From an uncultured Chloroflexia bacterium (GTDB taxonomy: Bacteria; Chloroflexota; Ktedonobacteria; Ktedonobacterales; JADMIN01): 32,000 bases of DNA. A program made the translations under genes and the position numbers. Positions 25,853 to 32,000 of the stretch are shown here, piece after piece. A model generated the notes under the pieces. The model was given only the letters and a program-made list of their open reading frames with translations. It made no database searches and had not been told where the DNA came from. Where the stretch lies: contig CAVRAI010000003.1 in NCBI GenBank assembly GCA_963718915.1, forward strand, positions 270,001 to 302,000. The letters run 5' to 3'. Position 1 is the stretch's first letter. Each line of letters opens with the position of its first letter.

Positions 25853-26185
25853 AGCTCCTCCCCCTCCCTGCTCTCCATTATAAGTGGCCGCTTTCTTCAG
25901 GGAAATACGTAATTTGGCACTGTTTCTGCACTCTATCTTCTCAGTCATGTCCAGTATGGCCGAAGAGTGCGCCAGATCCCACGGAGCAGTCGCAGCTTCA
26001 TTCGTAGAGCGGGCCGTAGAATCGCGGGCTAGAGGCAAATTGGATACTGTATATTGTATGTAGTTTATGAAATGGCTTGAAGCGCGCCCAAAGTGGTAGC
26101 CAAAGCGTCTATACTGCTAGTAGAGAGCACAGCTGAACAGCAACGGCGCATAAAAACACGAAGAGGCGCATTGAGGAGACAGACC

Positions 26186-26476
26186 ATGAGCGAGACGGCA
26201 ACCGATAACGTGGTTCCAGCGGGACAAACAGGGCAGACGCTGGCGGCGACAGCCACGACGCGGGACACAGGCGCCGGGTCGCTGGATCTCGCCAGTGTGG
26301 GCGGGGAGTCACCCGCCACGGTGGGCACACCAGCGGGCGAGACGGCGCGTGAGGTGGCGGCGCAGCACTTTGCGCGGCTGATCTACAACCCGATCAGTAC
26401 CTGGAGCCGCTACGTTTTTCACGAGAATGATCCCCATCCGTTCGGCTCGAACCGTCCGGCGCGGCTGAGAGGCTAG
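26186..26476 (+). CDS. Small hypothetical protein, probably co-transcribed with the PPC-domain gene
   Basis: ATG at 26186 with GAGGAGA 6 nt upstream. Third codon positions are strongly G/C, as in the neighbouring genes. The stop is 4 nt before the next ATG. No recognisable motif (MSETATDNVV...HFARLIYNPISTWSRYVFHENDPHPFG). Confidence 0.45.
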   Translation: MSETATDNVVPAGQTGQTLAATATTRDTGAGSLDLASVGGESPATVGTPAGETAREVAAQHFARLIYNPISTWSRYVFHENDPHPFGSNRPARLRG

Positions 26477-26480
26477 CGCC

Positions 26481-26918
26481 ATGCGGTCGCAGAACTATGG
26501 CCCGCATGCGGTGCTGGTCTTCGAGCCGGGCGAACCGGTGATGGCGACGTTGAAGCGCTGGCTGGCCGACTACACGATCAGCGGCGGCGCGTTCACCGCG
26601 ATTGGCGGGCTGCGGCAGGTCACGCTCAAATACTTCAACACCACGACGCGCGTCTATGAGGAGCGCGAGATCAACGAGCAACTCGAGGTGCTGCACCTGA
26701 CCGGCAATGTGGGGTTGCTGAACGGCGAGCCGTTCGTCCACGCCCACATCACCGTCGGCACGCGCGACTATCAGACGTACGGCGGCCACTTCGGCGACGG
26801 CATCGTCTCGCCCGTACTCGAGCTGGTGTTGACGCGCGTGGGTGGCACGCTGACGCGCCGCGAGAACGACGAGAGCGGCCTGACCGAGCTTTACCCCGAA
26901 CCACCCCGCTATGCCTGA
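26481..26918 (+). CDS. PPC (DUF296) domain protein, putative DNA-binding
   Basis: 145 aa with the family pattern: VLVFEPGEPVMATLKRWL......GGAFTAIGGLRQVTLKYF, LEVLHLTGNV....GEPFVHAHITV and GGHF..G.VSPVLELVL. Confidence 0.8.
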   Translation: MRSQNYGPHAVLVFEPGEPVMATLKRWLADYTISGGAFTAIGGLRQVTLKYFNTTTRVYEEREINEQLEVLHLTGNVGLLNGEPFVHAHITVGTRDYQTYGGHFGDGIVSPVLELVLTRVGGTLTRRENDESGLTELYPEPPRYA

Positions 26919-26946
26919 CGAACACCGTGCGTCGTGGCGGGGCGAG

Positions 26947-27008
26947 GAGACCGTAGCGTGAACGCGACGGCGAATTTCCTCCACCCCATGCGCTGGCAAG
27001 CTCCGGCA
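26947..27008 (+). repeat. Intergenic hairpin repeat, family 2, copy 4 (degenerate)
   Basis: gagaCCGTAGCGtgaaCGCGACGGcgaatttcctccaccccatgcgctggcaagctccggca. 7 of 8 stem pairs are retained and the 3' half has diverged. Confidence 0.55.
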
Positions 27009-27081
27009 CGCCCCCGCAAAACAAGAAGAACTCGAACGAATTCCGCCTGAGCCGCGCCCGGTATAACGTACAATCAGCCTT

Positions 27082-28293
27082 ATGAAGTTGAAGACCACAT
27101 GGCTGCGTAGCATTCTTCTCAGCACAGCGCTGCTCGATGAGTTGACGTTTGGCTTTTTGGTGGTCGGGCTACCGCTGGCGCGCGACGCCTTTGGCATGAC
27201 CTACGAGCAGGTGGGGCTGCTCTTCACCGTTGGCGCGATCTCGGCGCTCATCATCGAGCCAGGGATCAACCTCGCCAGCGACCACGTCTCGAAGCGCGTG
27301 CCCATCCTCGGCGGGATGTTCGTCCTGGTGTTTGCGTTTGCGCTGGCGGGACTGACGCGCAACTACGCGCTGCTGTTGCTGGCGGTTGCGCTGGCTGATC
27401 CGGCGATTGGCGCGGCGGTCGGACTGGCCCAGGCGGCGCTGGTCGAGCAGCAGCCCGCCATTGCCACGCGCACGCTTACCCGGTGGACGCTGCTCTCAAG
27501 TGTCGGCGATCTGCTCTCGCCGCTGGTGGTCGCCGCGACGGCTGCCCTGGGCGGCGGGTGGACGGCGCTCAGCTTCGTCGGCGCATCCCTCTGGCTGGCC
27601 GCGGCGTGTCTGACGCTACCCCTGCGGTTCCCCCGGCCCGCGCTCTCGCCACCAGCGGACGATGACGGGTCCGACGGATCCTTCTGGGCTAGTCTCTGGC
27701 CAACCATCCGCGCCGCGCTCCGTGATCTGGTATTGCTCCGCTGGATGGGCGTCCTGGTCATGGCGACAATGGTCGATGAGATATTCCTTGGCTTCACCGG
27801 ATTACTGCTCCGCGACCGGCTGCATGCGACGATAGCCAGCATCAGCCTGATTCTGGCGCTTGGCATGATCGGCGGGATGGTGGGGCTGCTCGTCTTGGAG
27901 CGGCTGCTCGCCCGCACGCCCGAGCGGCAACAGATAGGCGTCCGGCTGTTGCCCTGGCTGGCATTGATGGCGCTCGCGGGTATCATCACGCTGCTGGTGG
28001 CGCAGACACTTTGGCTAGCGGCGGTGGCGCTGTTCGTGATTGGTCTGGGCGCGACGGGCTGGTATCCGGTGGCGCGGGCGGCCACCTACGACCGGCTACC
28101 GGGCCGCGCCGGGCTGGCGCGCGCAATCACCGGGCTGGTCATGCCACTCGAGCTGATCCTGCCCGCGCTCGTCGGCTTGCTGGCCGAGCGCTTCAGTCTC
28201 GTCGTTGCGCTGGGGTTTCTGGGGCTGGCGCCGATTGGCGTGCTGCTCCTCGCGCCACGTGCCCAGCGCGAAGGCTGCCGACGTTTCACGTGA
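27082..28293 (+). CDS. MFS-type transporter
   Basis: 403 aa with about 12 hydrophobic helices in a 6+6 arrangement. The two halves are split by a charged central loop (RPALSPPADDDGSDGSFW). Confidence 0.8.
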   Translation: MKLKTTWLRSILLSTALLDELTFGFLVVGLPLARDAFGMTYEQVGLLFTVGAISALIIEPGINLASDHVSKRVPILGGMFVLVFAFALAGLTRNYALLLLAVALADPAIGAAVGLAQAALVEQQPAIATRTLTRWTLLSSVGDLLSPLVVAATAALGGGWTALSFVGASLWLAAACLTLPLRFPRPALSPPADDDGSDGSFWASLWPTIRAALRDLVLLRWMGVLVMATMVDEIFLGFTGLLLRDRLHATIASISLILALGMIGGMVGLLVLERLLARTPERQQIGVRLLPWLALMALAGIITLLVAQTLWLAAVALFVIGLGATGWYPVARAATYDRLPGRAGLARAITGLVMPLELILPALVGLLAERFSLVVALGFLGLAPIGVLLLAPRAQREGCRRFT

Positions 28294-28328
28294 AACATCG
28301 CTGTGAATCGCCGATGAACGATGAACGA

Positions 28329-29813
28329 CTAGCGAGACGGCTGAGGCGTAGCGAGTGGAAGGCTAACGGTGAAGGTCGTCCCGGCGCCATGCTCGCTCGC
28401 GACGGACACATCGCCGCCATGCAGTGTCACAATCTCATGCACGATGTAGAGGCCAATGCCCAGTCCACTGATATGCTCGGATCGAACCGCGGGCGCCCGG
28501 TAGAACCGCTCAAAGATATACGGCAGCGCCTCCGCGGCGATACCCAGGCCATGATCGGTGACGGTGACCGAGGCTTCATCGTCCGTGCGCGCCACCTCCA
28601 TGTGGATGGGGCCACCGTCGGGACTGTACTTGATCGCATTCTGCAGCAGGTTGAGCATGACCTGCTCCAGGCGCAAGGAATCACCATACACGAAGATGGT
28701 GAGCGCTGGATCGGCGGGAACGACCAGTTCGATGAGATGCGCCTGCGTCGTCGTACGCACTTCATCGACGACGGCATGAACCAGCGCGACGAGGTCGAGC
28801 GGATCATGCGCGATCATCAGATGCCCACGCTCGATGCGCGAGACATCCAGCATGGTGGCGATGAGCGCCTGCATGCGTGTGAGCTGGCGCTGAATGGCGG
28901 CGAAGCTGTGTTTTAGTTGTGTATCCTGCCTCATCCGGCTGGAGAGGACTCGTTCGAGGAGTTGTGTGTTGCCGAGGAGGATTGCGACAGGCGTGCGCAA
29001 CTCGTGCGAGGCGATAGAGAGGAACTCATCGCGTAACGCGACCGCCGCCTCGGCTGTCGCTCGCGCGGCTTGCTCGTCGCGCAGGTGTCGCTCGCGCGCG
29101 GCGAAGGCACGCCATACCAGCACAAAGAGCGCCGCCAGCAGCGCAATGTCGGCGATTGTGGCGACGAGCATGGTAATCTGCGCCTCGCGTACGCTGCTGC
29201 CCGCCGCGTGCAGCCGACCGTCGAGCAGACGCTCCTCCATCACATCCATCTCCGCGAGCAACCCACGGATAGACCCCATGGTGCGCTGAACCTTGTCAGC
29301 GCGCATCGCGGCGATGGCCTCGTCGGTCCGCTGTCCAGCACGAAGATCCACCGCCTGCTGCCAGTCCTCAAGAAGCGGTGCGAGCATTGGCGTGAGCGCG
29401 GCGATTCGGCGCTGTTGCGCGTCATCGCCCGCCGTCAGGGACTTGAGCCGGGCGAGTTCGCCCGCGAGGGTGTTGCGCGCCATCGCATAGGGCGTGAGGT
29501 ACGTCGTATCGCCGGTCAGCAGATAGCCGCGCATGGCGCTCTCGGCATCAACCAGCCGTGTCTCGACCAGATGAACCTGCGACAAAACAGCATGCGAGTG
29601 CGTGACAACGCCCTCGCTGGCGACGAGCGTGTTCAAGCTGTAGAGCGCGAGGATGCCATTGGCAATGATCGCGAAGAGGAGCAGCGTAAAGACGACCACA
29701 AGCCAGCGCCCGCGATACAGTCGGAAGGGAAGCGCCTGCTTCCCGGTGACGCGCGCAAAGCTGTTGCTCAAGGTTGCGCGCAACCGGTGCAAGGCGTTCT
29801 TCATAGAGGTCAT
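28329..29813 (-). CDS. Sensor histidine kinase with CHASE3 extracytoplasmic domain
   Basis: Start placed at MTSMKNALHRL (ATG 29813, GGAGG upstream). A TM segment is followed by the CHASE3 pattern (VTHSHAVLSQVHLVETRLVDAESAMRGYLLTGDTTYLTPY). H box FLSIASHELRTP, N box LLQNAIKYSP, G boxes DHGLGI and GLGIGL. Confidence 0.9.
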   Translation of the reverse strand: MTSMKNALHRLRATLSNSFARVTGKQALPFRLYRGRWLVVVFTLLLFAIIANGILALYSLNTLVASEGVVTHSHAVLSQVHLVETRLVDAESAMRGYLLTGDTTYLTPYAMARNTLAGELARLKSLTAGDDAQQRRIAALTPMLAPLLEDWQQAVDLRAGQRTDEAIAAMRADKVQRTMGSIRGLLAEMDVMEERLLDGRLHAAGSSVREAQITMLVATIADIALLAALFVLVWRAFAARERHLRDEQAARATAEAAVALRDEFLSIASHELRTPVAILLGNTQLLERVLSSRMRQDTQLKHSFAAIQRQLTRMQALIATMLDVSRIERGHLMIAHDPLDLVALVHAVVDEVRTTTQAHLIELVVPADPALTIFVYGDSLRLEQVMLNLLQNAIKYSPDGGPIHMEVARTDDEASVTVTDHGLGIAAEALPYIFERFYRAPAVRSEHISGLGIGLYIVHEIVTLHGGDVSVASEHGAGTTFTVSLPLATPQPSR

Positions 29814-29894
29814 CCCGCCGCCTCCAGCCTCCCGTTCGTGTGTGATCCCGTACCGAGGAGTCGCCCGCTTCTCATGAAGGAGGATATGCAATCG

Positions 29895-30464
29895 CTAGGG
29901 CGCTGGGGGGCCGGGCGAGGCCGACAGGCGGACGATTGCGCGTTCAATCTCATCCAGTATCACTGTAATCTGGAACGGCTTCTGAACCACCGCGATTGCG
30001 GCGTCGGCGAGCAGTTGATGGAGCGCGGGCGAGAACGACGGGAGGTTCGCGGTGACGAAGATGAAGGCGTGACGATGCGCCAGTTGAGGATCCGCCATGA
30101 CGGCCTGGAGCAGCTCCTCGCCATTCATACGCGGCATCTTGTAGTCCAGCAGCACAATCAGCGGGCGCGGGCTGGTGCGAAGCTGATCGAGGCCAAACAC
30201 GCCATCGGCGGCATCGCTGACTGTATAACCTTCAAATTGCAGCACGTCTCGCAGCATTGTCCGAATATCAGGCTCGTCATCCACGACGAGAATTTGCCAG
30301 TCAGACGCCTTCGTGGATCCCGCGCTCATGCCTGGGGATGGAGCGCCCGAAAGTTCGGGGTCGCTGTTACTGACAGGCAAAGGGGACACCGAGTGGTCGA
30401 TGATCACTTCGGATTGCATCGATTCGGTGACCGCGGATATGATGCTCATCAGCGTTCTCGCCAT
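29895..30464 (-). CDS. Single-domain response regulator (receiver only) with about 55-aa N-terminal extension
   Basis: The receiver motifs are ILVVDDEPD, the phospho-acceptor context VLLDYKMPRMNG, and FVTA...KPF. No output domain. It lies directly upstream of the kinase. Confidence 0.85.
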   Translation of the reverse strand: MARTLMSIISAVTESMQSEVIIDHSVSPLPVSNSDPELSGAPSPGMSAGSTKASDWQILVVDDEPDIRTMLRDVLQFEGYTVSDAADGVFGLDQLRTSPRPLIVLLDYKMPRMNGEELLQAVMADPQLAHRHAFIFVTANLPSFSPALHQLLADAAIAVVQKPFQITVILDEIERAIVRLSASPGPPAP

Positions 30465-30660
30465 GACGAGACCTCTTGCCGTGTCGTTTAGAGTCGATCT
30501 GGGTCGATCTGGCCATAGAAACGGGGCATCATGCTCCCGCCATGCGCCGCGTCAAATAGCGCTCTTGCCTGTGTGGCGACGCCCATGGCCGAAACTACGG
30601 TGAGTCTATCATGGCCACATAAGACATAACATCGGCAATAGTACCGGATTTCAGGCTGAT

Positions 30661-30688
30661 TGTGGCGCTATGAAATGCGCGCCACATA
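30661..30688. repeat. Inverted repeat TGTGGCGC-N12-GCGCCACA in the 600-bp intergenic region
   Basis: tgtggcgc (30661-30668) and gcgccaca (30681-30688) are perfect 8-bp complements. Confidence 0.4.
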
Positions 30689-31005
30689 GGCTTCCTGGGG
30701 TGCGCGCATATGCTACCTTTCACATGAAACGCAGTGCAATGATCGAGACAGACTCCTCACGCAAGCCAGACTCAGGCCAAACGCGCGGGCGCATGGAGCA
30801 CGGTGGAAGCTGGCTCTCGGCCTATGGCTAGGCCTGAGCGCGCCATCAGGTAAGTCCGAAACACCCTCCACAAACTCTCCTTCAGAGTTAGGACTTGTGC
30901 GGCTATACGGGTTACTCTGGTGGCGTACATTTACACATCATGCGCCATGGCTGCCAGCGTAGCGACGAGTATTAGAAGAGTACTTCAGGCGGTCGGGGCA
31001 TTCGC

Positions 31006-31046
31006 ATCCAGAGCGTATCCAGGCGTATCCAGAGCGTATCCAGAGC
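31006..31046 (+). repeat. Tandem repeat, 10/11-bp unit ATCCAG(A)GCGT x about 3.7
   Basis: atccagagcgt, atccaggcgt, atccagagcgt, atccagagc. It ends 19 nt before the DUF2252 ATG. Confidence 0.7.
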
Positions 31047-31064
31047 ACAGGGAGAAGTGGTCTC

Positions 31065-32000
31065 ATGATTACAACAGTCACCCCACGCAGTACTGAGACG
31101 CAGACGTATACCTGGGATCGGGACTTGTCGTCAAAGACGGCGAGCTATGCCGCTGGTAAAGCGCTCCGTGCGAGAACCCCCCGCACCAGCCATGCCGAAT
31201 GGGCGCCAGGCGCCAAACGCTCCGATCCGATCAGCCTCCTGCAAGAAGAAAACAGGTCCCGATTGAAGCAGTTGGTGCCTATCCGATTTGGGCGGATGGC
31301 GTTATCGCCCTTTGCGTTCTATCGAGGAGCCGCCAATATCATGGCGAATGATCTGGCGACAACTCCCACCTCAGGCATCATGGCGCACCTCTGCGGTGAT
31401 GCGCATATCTGCAACTTCGGCGCATACGCCGCTCCGGATCGTCGGCTGGTCTTCGATGTGAACGACTTTGATGAGACCCACGTCGGACCATGGGAATGGG
31501 ATCTCAAGCGGCTGGCTGTCAGTGTTGCCCTGGTCGGTCGGCAGAACAGCTACAGCAGCGCAATATGCAGGCAGGCTGTGCTAAAGTGCGTTCAGAGCTA
31601 TCGCGAGAGTATGCAACGGTTCGCGCAGATGACGCACCTTCAGGTATGGTATGCCCGCATCGAGATAGAGACACTCCTCGCGATGGCGCGTAACGCCGGT
31701 ATACGCAGGCATGCGGAAGCGCGGATCGAAAGGCGTGTGAAAAGAGCCGAGGCGCAGGCAGTCAGGCATACAAACCTGGACACCTTTCCGAAGCTGGCCG
31801 AAGAAGTCGATAGACGATTCCGCATCAAGGATGAGCCGCCTCTCATCTCACATTTCGATCCATTGGACCCCGATCTGGAGAGCCTGGACGCAGACCAGTG
31901 GCATACCTTTGTCCGAGAATACCTGGCGTCCCTGCCAGACGAGCTGCGCATGCTGGTCAACCGCTATCGCGTCGTTGACCTCGCCCAGAAGGTCGTGGGG
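31065..32000 (+). CDS. DUF2252-family protein, N-terminal 312 aa; continues off the right edge
   Basis: Absent from the ORF track because it is open at the window edge. ATG at 31065 with GGGAGAAG upstream. The translation MITTVTPRS...RLKQLVPIRFGRMALSPFAFYRGAANIMANDL...HLCGDAHICNFG...VFDVNDFDETHVGPWEWDLKRLAVS matches the conserved DUF2252 N-terminal pattern as I recall it. Confidence 0.8.
   Translation, partial: MITTVTPRSTETQTYTWDRDLSSKTASYAAGKALRARTPRTSHAEWAPGAKRSDPISLLQEENRSRLKQLVPIRFGRMALSPFAFYRGAANIMANDLATTPTSGIMAHLCGDAHICNFGAYAAPDRRLVFDVNDFDETHVGPWEWDLKRLAVSVALVGRQNSYSSAICRQAVLKCVQSYRESMQRFAQMTHLQVWYARIEIETLLAMARNAGIRRHAEARIERRVKRAEAQAVRHTNLDTFPKLAEEVDRRFRIKDEPPLISHFDPLDPDLESLDADQWHTFVREYLASLPDELRMLVNRYRVVDLAQKVVG

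Noticed and set aside
26040-26070. tactgtatat... resembling an E. coli-type LexA SOS box (CTGT-N8-ACAG)
   Set aside because: The second half-site is TGTA rather than ACAG, and that box type is not expected in this lineage. I kept it only as an AT-rich promoter-region remark.
29070-30491. 473-aa + strand ORF spanning the kinase and response-regulator genes
   Set aside because: It crosses two well-supported minus-strand genes and their intergenic gap, so it is an antisense shadow.
30724-30831. 35-aa ORF (MKRSAMIETDSSRKPDSGQTRGRMEHGGSWLSAYG) in the 600-bp intergenic gap
   Set aside because: It has no RBS and no recognisable features, and it is too short to assess. It is probably fortuitous.

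Overview
This is a GC-rich bacterial chromosomal window. Gene content and the intergenic hairpin repeats suggest a Chloroflexota/Ktedonobacteria-like genome, but that is low confidence and no search was possible.

Housekeeping and regulatory genes:
- A partial 2-hydroxyacid dehydrogenase (runs off the left edge and is missing from the ORF track), purE, tRNA-Leu(GAG), dnaA and a DEAD-box helicase.
- An ECF sigma / anti-sigma pair, a CHASE3 histidine kinase with a receiver protein, an MFS transporter, a PPC/DUF296 protein and a partial DUF2252 gene (runs off the right edge and is also missing from the track).

Accessory or unusual content:
1. A tnpA-less IS200/IS605-type element with an intact-looking TnpB and a likely omega-RNA region. 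It sits next to tRNA-Leu, between a near-consensus promoter and a PAP2-like gene.
2. Three same-orientation DnaA boxes between purE and tRNA-Leu, about 9.4 kb from dnaA. dnaA itself has no dnaN neighbour in this window and no visible box cluster.
3. A co-directional run of nucleotidyltransferase, HTH-WYL regulator, VOC/glyoxalase-fold protein and AlkA-like glycosylase. Direct repeats and a DNA-damage-promoter-like motif lie just after the WYL gene.
4. A type IIG/ISP-like fused restriction-modification gene broken by at least three frameshifts, with a roughly 1.07 kb low-GC central patch.
5. A roughly 1325-aa zinc-ribbon polytopic membrane protein of unknown function.
6. Three families of structured intergenic repeats. 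One is a 170-176 bp element with 30-bp terminal inverted repeats. One is a roughly 70-90 bp hairpin element with a compensatory base-pair change between copies.

I saw no CRISPR array, rRNA or prophage. Most long ORFs in the track that lie opposite these genes are antisense shadows typical of high-GC DNA. All functional calls come from motif recognition by eye, without database searches.
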